Part shown: piece by piece, positions 10,487-20,225 of the stretch
Layout of the letters: each line of letters opens with the position of its first letter
Position numbering within the stretch: the first letter of the stretch is position 1
Source of the DNA: Nitrosopumilaceae archaeon
Lineage (GTDB): Archaea; Thermoproteota; Nitrososphaeria; Nitrososphaerales; Nitrosopumilaceae
Direction of reading: 5' to 3'
Length of the DNA stretch: 64,000 bases
Assembly: GCA_965214835.1 (NCBI GenBank)
Contig: CBDCCK010000002.1
Span: 2,016,001-2,080,000, forward strand
Position numbers and translations under genes: made by a program
Notes under the pieces: generated by a model
Databases searched by the model: none
What the model was told of the DNA's origin: nothing
The model's input: only the letters and a program-made list of their open reading frames with translations

Positions 10487-11374
10487 TCATTCAATCTTTC
10501 CATTAAAATGGGTAAAAGACGAAACGGGCTCTTTTATTTCTCCATATTTTTCTTCCACAACGCTTAACATTTTTTCAGCATGTTGGTAGTCAATCTGCAA
10601 CACACCTTTAGCATATCTGGCATCAGGCCGTAATCCGAATAATTTGTTATGTACTGTAATGAAAGGCTCTTCATCGTTTTTTTGTATTCTTTTGTATTGA
10701 GCAATTTTAGACGAATGGCTTTTTATTTTTTTAGCATGTAAGAAAAACAACAGAATTATGTCAACTATTAATTCAGACGCACTAAATAGGTTATCAACAA
10801 ACGCAGAATAATGTTTGTTTTCTAGTGCGAATTTAGATGTCTGAATAAACTCATTAATTTTATCGTATTTTTTCTTCATTTCACCTTTCCGTAATCTAAA
10901 ATCAAATGAGATGATCCAAGATTTCTTATGTCCAAGCATGATGATATACGCGTCGTTTTCTTGTATTACTTCAGGTTTTTGGCAAATTTCTACATATTTA
11001 GATATGTCATCTTCGTATACCGGATCGTGTTTTTTCAGTCTATTTTTTCCAGTTAATTTTGCTTTTACAATAAGCTTAGTCTCTTTGTTAAACAGTACTT
11101 GGTGCTTTTCATCAGGTGGGAATCGGATCAGGATTGCGCGGGGCATTTCATATGTTGTTTTATTTTCGTCTTTTAGTCTGCGTTTAATTTCAGGCTCCAG
11201 CCACAACTGCCAAATTTGATCAAACAAATTCTGTGCGCCTTGACCATCATCTAATGAAAGACTATCACCCAACAATGATTTGTGTCGTGTTTGAATACTA
11301 AAAACTTTGTAGTAATTCAGCAGACCAGTATCCATGTGAATTCTTTTTAAGCATTTTCCTGGATTTCGTGACAT
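10487..11374 (-). CDS. Protein with C-terminal HEPN domain (start uncertain)
   Basis: C-terminal helical region AFVDNLFSASEL..KSHSSKI..LRPDARY matches the HEPN pattern. Confidence 0.65.
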   Translation of the reverse strand: MSRNPGKCLKRIHMDTGLLNYYKVFSIQTRHKSLLGDSLSLDDGQGAQNLFDQIWQLWLEPEIKRRLKDENKTTYEMPRAILIRFPPDEKHQVLFNKETKLIVKAKLTGKNRLKKHDPVYEDDISKYVEICQKPEVIQENDAYIIMLGHKKSWIISFDFRLRKGEMKKKYDKINEFIQTSKFALENKHYSAFVDNLFSASELIVDIILLFFLHAKKIKSHSSKIAQYKRIQKNDEEPFITVHNKLFGLRPDARYAKGVLQIDYQHAEKMLSVVEEKYGEIKEPVSSFTHFNGKIE

Positions 11375-11529
11375 GGTGCATGGCTTTCGCTAGGGTTGAT
11401 CCACTTCCAAAGGATGGGCGGACACGTATCCATTCGGGGCTTTCCCCCAGTACCATCTTCATCCATTCGTTAGGCGATCCCGCAGTTACTTCCCCGAGGC
11501 ATTATCCTCATACTGATAACGCGGTAAAT

Positions 11530-12800
11530 TCCTAACCATGATCCATTTGAAACGTTTCATGCCGTCGGGTGCAAGCATATCCTATAAGATCATTGGGTGG
11601 GTGGGTGGGGGCTAGGGGGCGGACACCCATGCCATGACCGCACCATGCAGGGTCATCCCACCATCCCCGCAGTGCAGTACATACGGTCACAGCCATTCTA
11701 CGAACTTCCTGTTCTCCTTTAGCATCCAGTAGATGACCCGCAGCAGCTTGGCGGCGGTTGCCACGGTGGCCTTGGAGGTTCCCCTGCTCTTGGCAAGCCG
11801 CTTGTAGAATCTCGTAATGCTGCTGTTGGGCGCACACCTTACATGCGTGTGCACTACCTCGACGAGCGCCCACCGCAGCATGTTGCTTCCCCGCTTGGTT
11901 ATGCGCCCGTGGTATACCTTGTCTGCAGAGTTGCGCACCGACGGGACGATCCCCGCATTCGCGCACAGTTTGTGGGAGTCCGGAAACCTTTCAATGTCGC
12001 CTATCTCAGCTATTGCAACCAGTGCAGTGTACTGCCCCATCCCGGGGATCGACGTGAGAAGCTGCGCACCGGGGCTCTCATCGACTGCCTTGCGTATCAT
12101 CATGTCGGCCTTTGCAACCTCCACGTTCTGCATGTCTATCTCCCTCAGGTAGGAGTCTATCCTATAGTCATGCATGTCCTTGAGCTCTGCCACGTGTGCG
12201 GGCGAGAACGGATACGGCGCCTTGCTCTTGAATCCGGCCTGCAGTGTTATGCCGTGGATCAGGTTCTTCATCCTGGTCCTGACCCTCACTATCTTGTTCC
12301 GGTGTCTGGTCAGCTGCCTGTGGTGTACGATCCTCTCATCGGGGACATAGCATTTGGCTATGTATCCGCCCCGCAGCAGCTCGGCAAGCTTGTGCGCGTC
12401 TATCCTGTCCGTCTTCTTCAGGGATGCCGCTATCATCTTGGTGGCGTACGGGTTTGACAGAACCACGTCCAGCTTGAGGATATCAGTCATGTACCGGTAC
12501 AGCCCGTACCACACAGAGGAGGACTCTGACGTACTTTGCCTTCTTTGGGATCTTCGAGACGGCCTCTGATACTGATTCAAAGTCGCTTGAGATCTTCTTG
12601 TTGGACAGGAGCTTTCCGTCCCCGTCAATCGTTGCCATCTGGACGGATTCCTTGTGAACGTCCAGTCCCACGTATATCATGCCCTTACTACGTCGATGGG
12701 TAATGAGTTTGTTTGCCTTCCCTGATGCCTTCCTGGGCTTTGGCGTATCAGTGGAGGTACCACCTGATCGCCGCACTTTCGATGTCTTCACATATGGTTA
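11530..12800 (-). mobile_element. IS110-family element (IS1111-like layout; boundaries approximate)
   Basis: IS110 transposase followed by a long GC-rich non-coding 3' region; no TSD or long TIR seen. Confidence 0.7.
11687..12680 (-). pseudogene. IS110 transposase, frameshifted near 12530
   Basis: MIYVGLDVHK (DEDD N-terminus) shifts frame at AKYV/ESSSVW; KTDRIDA, LTSIPGMG, GIVPSVRNSA, ITKRGSNMLRWAL, VATAAKLLRVIY. Confidence 0.9.
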
Positions 12801-12809
12801 CTTCCTAGG

Positions 12810-12939
12810 GGAGTTGTCGCCTAATTCGCCAGAATTCCTGAAAACCGTTGAGATACCACGTGGATCAGGCGTGCAAAAGGGCGGAAATTCAGAAAAGCGT
12901 GCAGGTTGAGTCAAACAAGTGGAATTAGGCGACAACCCC
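12810..12939. mobile_element. MITE family B, 130 bp
   Basis: TIR gttgtcgcctaattc / gaattaggcgacaac; direct repeat cttcctagg on both flanks; homolog at 63540. Confidence 0.88.
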
Positions 12940-12949
12940 CTTCCTAGGT

Positions 12950-13201
12950 GTACTTTTACAGACGACGACGCGCAAGAAAGGAAGAATAGCCCATATGCCA
13001 GATACAGGCTGTCAATGTACGGCATACTGTACTGCGTTGACGTGTTGGAACCTACCAGAAAGGAGACGGACAGCATGGTCAAGCAGTACGCGTTCCTACT
13101 GCCACGAGCAGTTGCACAAGTGGTACGAGGATTTTTTCAGGCAGGCCAAGAACTACTATGCCGAGCGGGTGCGGGCAATGAGGGGATCTGGGATTTTTTG
13201 A
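12950..13201 (+). pseudogene. Internally deleted remnant of a paralog of 16181..17071
   Basis: YRLSMYGILYCVD vs YRLSLHGILYCLD; WYEDFFRQAK vs WYRGFFDEAR, in different frames. Confidence 0.8.
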
Positions 13202-13222
13202 AGGATGTCTTAGTTAGCCCAT

Positions 13223-13298
13223 TAGACTTTATGCGTAATCGACCAATCTGATCTAAAAATTCAACACAACAGATCATGATTTGCATACGTACAACCTA
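13223..13298. mobile_element. MITE family C, degenerate copy
   Basis: Left end tagactttatgcgtaatcga shared with copies at 29376, 53172, 62674. Confidence 0.6.
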
Positions 13299-13330
13299 AA
13301 GATCAGTAATGGTTCTTTGACGGTATGGGT

Positions 13331-13531
13331 TCAGATGCCAAAATGCGCCCATGGCTTTCTTTCGGGATGGAGATAGCACTGGAGGCGCTCGCTCCATTCC
13401 AGCGTAGACAGATCAATGCCCCCGAAGGTCACCGCATCAGACGGCCATATGCACGGACCTCCAAGATGCCCGTATACCAAAAAGGCAAGCATCATCCTGC
13501 CGTATGTCAGCCCCATGAAAAAACCCAGCAT
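13331..13531 (-). CDS. Small hydrophobic protein downstream of secreted precursor 1
   Basis: ATG at 13531 (MLGFFMGLTY...), hydrophobic N-half, same position as small membrane ORFs in the other two cassettes. Confidence 0.4.
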   Translation of the reverse strand: MLGFFMGLTYGRMMLAFLVYGHLGGPCIWPSDAVTFGGIDLSTLEWSERLQCYLHPERKPWAHFGI

Positions 13532-13559
13532 GGTTCCTAAAATTAAAAAAAGATAAGGC

Positions 13560-14423
13560 CTAGTAGTACTCATGCCACCACGGAACATACAATCCCCAAT
13601 AAGGAGATGGCCATACATATGACAGTAATTCTGGATTCGGTTCTTCATCTTGGACGGTGTATGAAAAATCGCCGTTAATTCCGGCATGATCGCGAAACGC
13701 GCCCGTATCACAAAGTCCGCCATAATTGCTGCTTGCTACAACCTTGGTGAATTCATACGGTTGTGATGCCGCACCATTCCAAGCTGCATATTCGGGCACC
13801 ATGTGAAACCCCCGATCCTCCAGGATTTGCTGCGTGCTACTTAGAGAATCTCCACCGTAGTGAGTGGACGGATTCGGATCCGATAGGTGTGGATCCAGAA
13901 AGTTGCCTCCACACCAAGTAGGCCATGCACCATGATGCACTGGCACTATTTTGTCACTCAATATGCTGGGCGTTGCGCTCAGGGTAGTGCCGACAGAACC
14001 GTCATTGTCGTCATCAAACAGTTTTCTGAACTCACCTGATCGAAAATCTGATATGATATCGCCAATTCTTTGATCGGTGCCGGTTTGTGATTCATTTACC
14101 TGCCCTACAGGTCCCACCACATCCATAACCCTGTCATTATACGATGCATATCTTTGTGCTATCTGGATGTCTAACTCGCTAACATAGGGATCGTTTTGAG
14201 AGGATGTTATGTCAATGTCAAAATGATAATCCGAATCTATCAAGATGTGTCTTTCCATGACATTAAACATCTGAAGAATGTCAGATTTTTCATATGCCGT
14301 AGTTTTTTGCGTGTCGTCTTCAATGCCTCCCGGAGCTTCTTGTGCCACTGCATTTGTCACTCCTACAGGAGCCAGTAGTGCTAGTACCAAGAGAGGCATT
14401 ATGGATGTTGTTTTGCTGTTCAT
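13560..14423 (-). CDS. Secreted protein 1 (signal peptide, acidic pro-like region, Cys/Trp/His-rich C-terminus)
   Basis: MNSKTTSIMPLLVLALLAPVGVTNAVA signal; ATG lies just after the shared promoter element. Confidence 0.8.
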   Translation of the reverse strand: MNSKTTSIMPLLVLALLAPVGVTNAVAQEAPGGIEDDTQKTTAYEKSDILQMFNVMERHILIDSDYHFDIDITSSQNDPYVSELDIQIAQRYASYNDRVMDVVGPVGQVNESQTGTDQRIGDIISDFRSGEFRKLFDDDNDGSVGTTLSATPSILSDKIVPVHHGAWPTWCGGNFLDPHLSDPNPSTHYGGDSLSSTQQILEDRGFHMVPEYAAWNGAASQPYEFTKVVASSNYGGLCDTGAFRDHAGINGDFSYTVQDEEPNPELLSYVWPSPYWGLYVPWWHEYY

Positions 14424-14520
14424 GTTCTCACCAGTCACTACGCACCTTCGTTATATAACAATTGATATCGGTTTGCGGCATGCTTCTTTTTTCGGGGCCG
14501 GGACGCCCAAAGCGCCGAAA
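14424..14520 (-). promoter_or_regulatory. Shared promoter element, copy 1
   Basis: Reverse complement reads gaaaaaaagaagcatgccgcaaaccgatatcaattgttatataacgaagg...gagaacATG; near-identical to 17113 and 20084 copies; TATA-like tatataa. Confidence 0.85.
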
Positions 14521-14560
14521 ACCGGCAAGAATTTTTACCATCCCGGATACACATACCTTG

Positions 14561-15808
14561 ATGAAGGCGGTCCACAAGGTGACGGTACTGGTAGCGCTGC
14601 AGGTGGCCATGATACTTGCGAGCTTTCTGATAATCATACACCTCGAGTCCCAGACGGCGCTCACCGGCAACATCGTAAACGTTGCCGGAAAGAACAGGGT
14701 CCTTGCCAGCGCGGTCCTGGTGGAGCTGAACCACGTGCTGTTTCACAACCAGACGCAGGACGCGGTGTCAGGATCGCTGGATGCCCTGCATGAGAACATC
14801 CGGTTTCTAAAGTCTGGGGGAACGTCATCGCAGCTGGAGATAGCCCCGCTCTCGCCACGGTTTGCAGGGGACTGGGACCGCATACGGGAAAAGGCGTCCC
14901 AGTACGGATCCCAGGTTCGCGCGCTGATGGGGCAGGATGCGGTGCGTTACCGGGACATCGAGGGGATAGAACAGACGGCCAGGGAGCTTACCGAGATCTC
15001 AGACGCCCTCACAGAGAGGCTGGGCCGCGACGTCGATGCGCTGTCATCCCAGCTTGTGGCACTGCAGGCGGTGCTTGGTGTCATCAACGCGGCCTCGCAC
15101 TTGCTGGTGATCTGGGTGGTGTGGAGGATTCTTGACAGGCATGCACAGCAGATGGCCGTGGCCGAGAGGATGGCCGTCCTAGGCGAGTTTACAGCAGTCA
15201 TGGCGCACAACCTGAAAAACCCGCTGGCTGCCATAATGAACGCCTCCAACAGGATCCGGACACACGGCGGCGGCCACGCAATCATAGGCGGCGAGGCAGA
15301 CAGGATAGACAGGTGTGCTGCCCGCATGTCGCAGCAGATCGACGGTGTGATGAGCTATGTGCGGACCAGGCCGCCGTCCATGGAGGAGTGCTCCGTGCTG
15401 GAGATGCTGGGGCAGGCAGCGGACATGGTGCAGATTCCGGGCAACGTGGATCTGATGGCACCCGAAGGCGACGTGACGGTACGGTGCGACCGAGAGGGAA
15501 TGCAGACGGTCTTTGCCAACCTGATACAAAACGCGGTGCAGGCCATCGGCGCCTCTGCCGGACACGTCACGGTCAGGTGCGAGGAAGGCGGCGGCCACAT
15601 CACCATAACGTTTGAGAACTCGGGGCCGCCCATACCCAAAGGCGACCTGGACAGGATATTCGAGCCGCTGTACACCACGAAGATCCGGGGGACCGGACTG
15701 GGCCTTGCCGGCTGCAGGAACATACTGGAGGCCCACGGCGCGACGATTGCAGCATGCAACGATCCGGTAACATTTACAATACGCCTTGAAAAACATCATG
15801 ACACATGA
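14561..15808 (+). CDS. Membrane sensor histidine kinase (NarX/PilJ-like sensor region)
   Basis: Two TM segments, VNVAGKNR P-box-like motif, H-box AHNLKNPL, N-box NLIQNAVQA, G-boxes; start uncertain (ORF open from 14462). Confidence 0.92.
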   Translation: MKAVHKVTVLVALQVAMILASFLIIIHLESQTALTGNIVNVAGKNRVLASAVLVELNHVLFHNQTQDAVSGSLDALHENIRFLKSGGTSSQLEIAPLSPRFAGDWDRIREKASQYGSQVRALMGQDAVRYRDIEGIEQTARELTEISDALTERLGRDVDALSSQLVALQAVLGVINAASHLLVIWVVWRILDRHAQQMAVAERMAVLGEFTAVMAHNLKNPLAAIMNASNRIRTHGGGHAIIGGEADRIDRCAARMSQQIDGVMSYVRTRPPSMEECSVLEMLGQAADMVQIPGNVDLMAPEGDVTVRCDREGMQTVFANLIQNAVQAIGASAGHVTVRCEEGGGHITITFENSGPPIPKGDLDRIFEPLYTTKIRGTGLGLAGCRNILEAHGATIAACNDPVTFTIRLEKHHDT

Positions 15809-16173
15809 CGGGGACCAAGAAGATCCTGGTGGTGGACGACGATTACGATGTGCTCGAGTCGTGCCTGCTCATGCTTGCCGACGAGGGGCACCACGTCATC
15901 GGCGCCTCAAACGGCTCGGAGGCCGTAGAAAAATACTTTGAGTTCGAGCCGGACATCGTGTTCATGGACATACGCATGCCTGGCATGGACGGATACGAGG
16001 CGTTCCTCAGGATCCACAGGCGCGACGGCGATGCGCGCGTCGTCTTCACGTCAAGCTACGCGCTGGACGAGCAGAGGCACGAGCACGTGCGGGGCATCGC
16101 ATCGGTGGGGATGATCGACAAGCCCGTGGCATGGCGCGACCTCAAGCGGATGATGGGAAGGCATTCCAGGTGA
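15805..16173 (+). CDS. Single-domain response regulator receiver
   Basis: ILVVDDD, PDIVFMDIRMPGMDG, KP; overlaps the kinase stop. Confidence 0.93.
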   Translation: MTGTKKILVVDDDYDVLESCLLMLADEGHHVIGASNGSEAVEKYFEFEPDIVFMDIRMPGMDGYEAFLRIHRRDGDARVVFTSSYALDEQRHEHVRGIASVGMIDKPVAWRDLKRMMGRHSR

Positions 16174-16180
16174 CGCTGTC

Positions 16181-17071
16181 TCACGGAGGGGTGCCAGAGT
16201 TCATGGCTGCGAGTCTTTTTTTGCAGTGATCCCTTGCCTCGTCAAAAAATCCCCTGTACCACGCGCGCATCTCCGGGTTCCTCTCAAACACCCTCCTGGT
16301 CCGCCCCGCGGCGTTCCTCCTTGCCTGCACGGATCTGGACGGGTGCGTATGGTACAGGAGGTAGGTGTAAAACCAGTACGATATCTGCTCTGCCAGATCG
16401 GACTCGGATATGACCTCAAAGTTCCTCCTGTACTTTGTGTGCACGAACGACATCAGCTCGTGTACCGGGCCGTCGGCGCGTCCTGCCGCGGGCGTGTCCA
16501 GAAACAGGGCCTGGGAGAGCACCCGCAGGCAGTACACGTTGTCCCCCAGCGCGGACTTTAACTCGTTCCACATTCCAAATATCCTAGGAAGCGTGCCCGC
16601 ATACGCCGATGCCATCCTGTCCATGCCGTTCCCGTCAAGGTTCATCGCGTCAAGGCAGTACAGGATGCCGTGCAGCGAAAGCCTGTACGCCCAAGAATTC
16701 TTCCTGCCTATCGTCTTTTTCTCCCTTACGGCCAGCCCCGTGTCCAGGATGCCGCCGGTGTACCGGCCCCTGTCGCGCCGCCCCACAAAGAACCGCCGGT
16801 ACTCCCTCTCCTTCTTCCGGACGTCGTTTATGTTGCGGAGCTCCAGCCTTGCCATGTCCCACGTGGTGCACGCGCCATGGGCCGCCAGCAGTCCCAGCAT
16901 GTGCTGCACGCTGCTCTGGTACTCTGTCCTCGTCTTTGCAAAATGGCCGCATCGCGAACGCGCCATGGGCCTTGTATAGATCTTGTACGACATGAGGTTG
17001 CCGTAGCCGTGCCAGTCCTCCATCAAGGGGGGCATGGCATGTCCCGTATTTTTTCCTATGTGTCCGCGCAT
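16181..17071 (-). CDS. Thaumarchaeal hypothetical protein, possibly a wHTH-type regulator
   Basis: 296 aa ORF with TTWDMA...YRLSLHGILYCLD; paralog remnant at 12950; start uncertain. Confidence 0.7.
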   Translation of the reverse strand: MRGHIGKNTGHAMPPLMEDWHGYGNLMSYKIYTRPMARSRCGHFAKTRTEYQSSVQHMLGLLAAHGACTTWDMARLELRNINDVRKKEREYRRFFVGRRDRGRYTGGILDTGLAVREKKTIGRKNSWAYRLSLHGILYCLDAMNLDGNGMDRMASAYAGTLPRIFGMWNELKSALGDNVYCLRVLSQALFLDTPAAGRADGPVHELMSFVHTKYRRNFEVISESDLAEQISYWFYTYLLYHTHPSRSVQARRNAAGRTRRVFERNPEMRAWYRGFFDEARDHCKKRLAAMNSGTPP

Positions 17072-17112
17072 GATGCAAGGATATTCCCCGCCGGATCACC
17101 TTTGCCCTGCCG

Positions 17113-17254
17113 GTCACGGACTTACAGCACATGCCCGATCTGCCGGTCAGGCGGCTTTTGGCGCCCCGGCGCCCCCGGCCTAGAAAAAAAAGAAGCATGC
17201 CACAAACCGATATCAATTGCTATATAACGAAGGCGCGTAGTGACTGGTGAGAAC
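17113..17254 (+). promoter_or_regulatory. Shared promoter element, copy 2
   Basis: ~140 bp nearly identical to 20084-20225; contains caattgctatataac. Confidence 0.88.
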
Positions 17255-17565
17255 ATGAACAAAAAAATAAGAAATGCAATACCGTTTCTTGTGCTGGTGC
17301 TTCTGATTCCAATCGGGCTAGCTAATGCACAAGAAATACCAGGACAAAACGATCCAGCCCAAGAGCCAAGCCAAACAGAATCCATCTATGATCCAGTCAT
17401 GGTTCAATACATGAAGGAGTTAACCGCTGATCCGGGAAAAACGGTAACCGAACGGCTTATTGCAAACCAAACAGTAATAGGTTAGCCCCTGCCTAGAGTT
17501 AAAGTCACACCCACCGTCTTTTCAGGCATGAAAATCACAACTGCAGGCAGATTAGTGCAGGATTG

Positions 17566-19155
17566 CTAGGGGCAGACGACCACGTACCCGGGGTTTCTGA
17601 CCAGCGCGTCCCTGATCATGTCCGTAACGTTACACCCCCGGAGGCGCCATGTCTCGATGCACGTCAACATGTTACCGAACATCTTCTGTCCGTCTTTTGT
17701 CCGCAGTCCGAACCGTATCTTGCGCGCGATCACGCCGGGCCTCAGCGTGCGCTCTGCCAGGTTGTTGGTGGGATCCATCCCAGGACGCGTCGTAAACGTG
17801 TAGAGAAACTCCGAGGCGTTGTCAATCTTTGTGGCACAACTGTCACATCCTTCCTTCCTGTATATGGCGGCAATCTCGCGTGTTTCTGCCACCCGACTGT
17901 CGTGCTGCCTGGCAGCCTCCTCCGGCGGCCCCGGCCCCTTGGCGCAATGCATCTGCCACTTGAGGCGCTCGCCTGCGGCGCGAACCTCCGGGGAGTCCGT
18001 TTTCTCGCTTTGGGCATCTGCCTCCCGGATTATGTGGGCCCAGCACCGCTGCCTGTTCCTGCCAAAGAACTTGTCGTATCCGGGGTATCCGTCAGTCACC
18101 CCGACTCTGGGCACGTATGAAAAGTGCTCATCCAGTACGGATGCCCTCCTGCTGTCAGTTGCCACCATGTGCGCGCCGACGGCATTGCCGTCCTTGACGC
18201 CCACTGCCACCCACATGTAGCCGCTCTTGCCGTCGTATGGCATCCCCGTCTCGTCCATGTGGACGTGGTCGCATCCTGCAATGTCTTTTTTGATGTCCTC
18301 CACGCACGGATCAAGCTTCTTTGCAACGGCCTTGAGGCAGTTCTGTATCATCGCCTTGCTTACATCAATTTCAAAGATCTCCTTTACGATGCGCCTGATC
18401 GAGCCGACGGATGCCGGCATGGTGTACAGGGTGCCGATATAGGAGGCAATGTTGGGTCCAAACTCGGTGCCCGGAACGACCAGCCCGCCCCCGTTTGTCG
18501 TGGTGATGGCGCCGCACTTGCGGCACTTGCGGCGGGTAAAGTAGTGCTGTGTCGTGACCGGCTCTGGGATCTCTGGAATGTCAGTAGCCATCCTGGTTCC
18601 GGCGGGAACCGGATCTGTCAGGTCGCGCCCGTTGCACGCGCCGCACATGTCAGGCACGTGGTTCATTTCCCGGGTCGGTGTTCTCCTGTGTGATATGCCC
18701 TCGTGTCCGGGCCTGCGGCCCGGCCTTGTAGGTGCCCTTCCAGATGCCCCTGCCGCGGCTGCTGCCTTTTTCTGCCTGGTCGGAATCGAGTTCTGCGAGG
18801 AGGGGCTGTGCGGGTTCTCATAATATGTGATGCGTTGTTTGAACTGCTTGATTTGTGCTGTCTGCGTCGCGATTTGCGCGGCAGAGACGGCATTGTCAGA
18901 TTTGCGTCCCGCCTTCTCAGCGGCAAGCTCCTCCCGTGTCCTCTGATGTTCCTTCTGCTCCTTCTGAAGCTTGCCTTGCGTCCTCTGATGTTCCTTCTGC
19001 TCCTTCTGAAGCTTGCCTTGCGTCCTCTGATGTTCCTTCTGCTCCTTCTGAAGCTTGCCTTGCGTCCTCTGATGTTCCTTCTGCTCCTTCTGAAGTTCCG
19101 CTTTTTCGCGGGCAAGCTCATTGCATAGTTCCTTGAATTCCGAGGCTGTAGGCAT
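17566..19155 (-). CDS. IS66-family transposase with N-terminal coiled-coil repeats
   Basis: Zn finger CGAC..CRKC, HMDETG, TDGY, QRCWAHIIRE, PTNNLAERTLRP. Confidence 0.93.
   Translation of the reverse strand: MPTASEFKELCNELAREKAELQKEQKEHQRTQGKLQKEQKEHQRTQGKLQKEQKEHQRTQGKLQKEQKEHQRTREELAAEKAGRKSDNAVSAAQIATQTAQIKQFKQRITYYENPHSPSSQNSIPTRQKKAAAAAGASGRAPTRPGRRPGHEGISHRRTPTREMNHVPDMCGACNGRDLTDPVPAGTRMATDIPEIPEPVTTQHYFTRRKCRKCGAITTTNGGGLVVPGTEFGPNIASYIGTLYTMPASVGSIRRIVKEIFEIDVSKAMIQNCLKAVAKKLDPCVEDIKKDIAGCDHVHMDETGMPYDGKSGYMWVAVGVKDGNAVGAHMVATDSRRASVLDEHFSYVPRVGVTDGYPGYDKFFGRNRQRCWAHIIREADAQSEKTDSPEVRAAGERLKWQMHCAKGPGPPEEAARQHDSRVAETREIAAIYRKEGCDSCATKIDNASEFLYTFTTRPGMDPTNNLAERTLRPGVIARKIRFGLRTKDGQKMFGNMLTCIETWRLRGCNVTDMIRDALVRNPGYVVVCP
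18938..19095. repeat. 42-bp coding tandem repeat (KLQKEQKEHQRTQG), ~4 units
   Basis: Directly visible; copy 2 of the element has one more unit. Confidence 0.95.
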
Positions 19156-19825
19156 GTATTTCCCGGGTAATGATAGTTTATAGATCAGGTGGTCAGAAAA
19201 AATCAACTAGGCAGGGGCTAACCTATTACACCAAACATACTCTGTCACAACAATAGTGCGTGAAATTACCGATGATAAATATGCAGTAAAGTCCGTAACC
19301 AGGATTGACGGCGAAAAAATTTCCTCTGAAAAATTCAGGATGACGGCAATTGACAACTCAACCTACAAACTGGTAAACAACGGTCTGGGCATACGCCAGG
19401 TTTTCACCGACATTCCCAGTGAAGTGGCAGGTGCAGGTTCGGGATCCTCGACGCCCAACAACGCAAGAATTGATCTGTATGATGGAGAGCATGGCACGCC
19501 GCACACATTGACACTGCATGACAACTATTCCGGATGTGCGACGCTTAACCAGGCTGTATTTCAGGCACCTGTAAGGCCAGACACCGTTGATGTGACATGG
19601 GAGGCAAGCCCGTTTTACATGCACTGGTGCTTTATCCCCCACGAGTTCCAACAGGGTGAGGTTAGACACGGAACCGAAACCGTGTTTTTGAACGGCCATG
19701 GCGATCGAAGAGGCAGCCATGCGTTTGACAATCCTCATGTGGGCACAACTTGGTATAGTGTAGAGGCGGATTTCGAATACGGTGTGTGGTAACACATACT
19801 GACGCATTCTTTTTTTTATCCTAGG

Positions 19826-20023
19826 CTGATACTTGGCTTTTGCGGGCTGGTGCTGGCTGGAGTGGGCTCGCTGTCTCTGGCGCATCAAATCCGTCTAGAT
19901 TCTATGTCCTTTGGCCCGTCATATCTGTTACAAGATCTACCCGCACTAGCTCTGCTTGTAGTTAGTGTGGCATTACTGACAGTTTTGATTTACAAGATCC
20001 GCTCCAAAAGGCTGTTTCTTTAA
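19826..20023 (+). CDS. Small two-TM membrane ORF downstream of secreted protein 2 (non-canonical start)
   Basis: Open frame LILGFCGLVLAGVGSLSLA...LPALALLVVSVALLTVLIYKIRSKRLFL; not in the ORF track. Confidence 0.45.
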   Translation: MILGFCGLVLAGVGSLSLAHQIRLDSMSFGPSYLLQDLPALALLVVSVALLTVLIYKIRSKRLFL

Positions 20024-20083
20024 CCACTGCAAGCGATACAAGGCCCGCTCCACGCCAGATCATCGCTGATTGGTGCGTTGTCA

Positions 20084-20225
20084 GTCACGGATTTACAGCG
20101 CATGCCAGATCTGCCGGTCAGGCGGCTTTTGGCGCCCCGGCGCCCCCGGCCTAGAAAAAAAAGAAGCATGCCACAAACCGATATCAATTGCTATATAACA
20201 AAGGCGCATAACGACCTGTAACAAC
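20084..20225 (+). promoter_or_regulatory. Shared promoter element, copy 3
   Basis: Near-identical to 17113-17254. Confidence 0.88.

Larger units (their letters stand above)
17474..19229 (-). mobile_element. IS66-family element (single-ORF, ISBst12-like), copy 1
   Basis: 23-bp perfect TIR gtaataggttagcccctgcctag; 8-bp TSD accaaaca. Confidence 0.96.
17255..19792 (+). pseudogene. Secreted protein 2 (257 aa reconstructed), interrupted by IS66
   Basis: MNKKIRNAIPFLVLVLLIPIGLANA signal; removing IS+TSD joins RLIANQT to YSVTTIVREITDD in frame. Confidence 0.88.
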
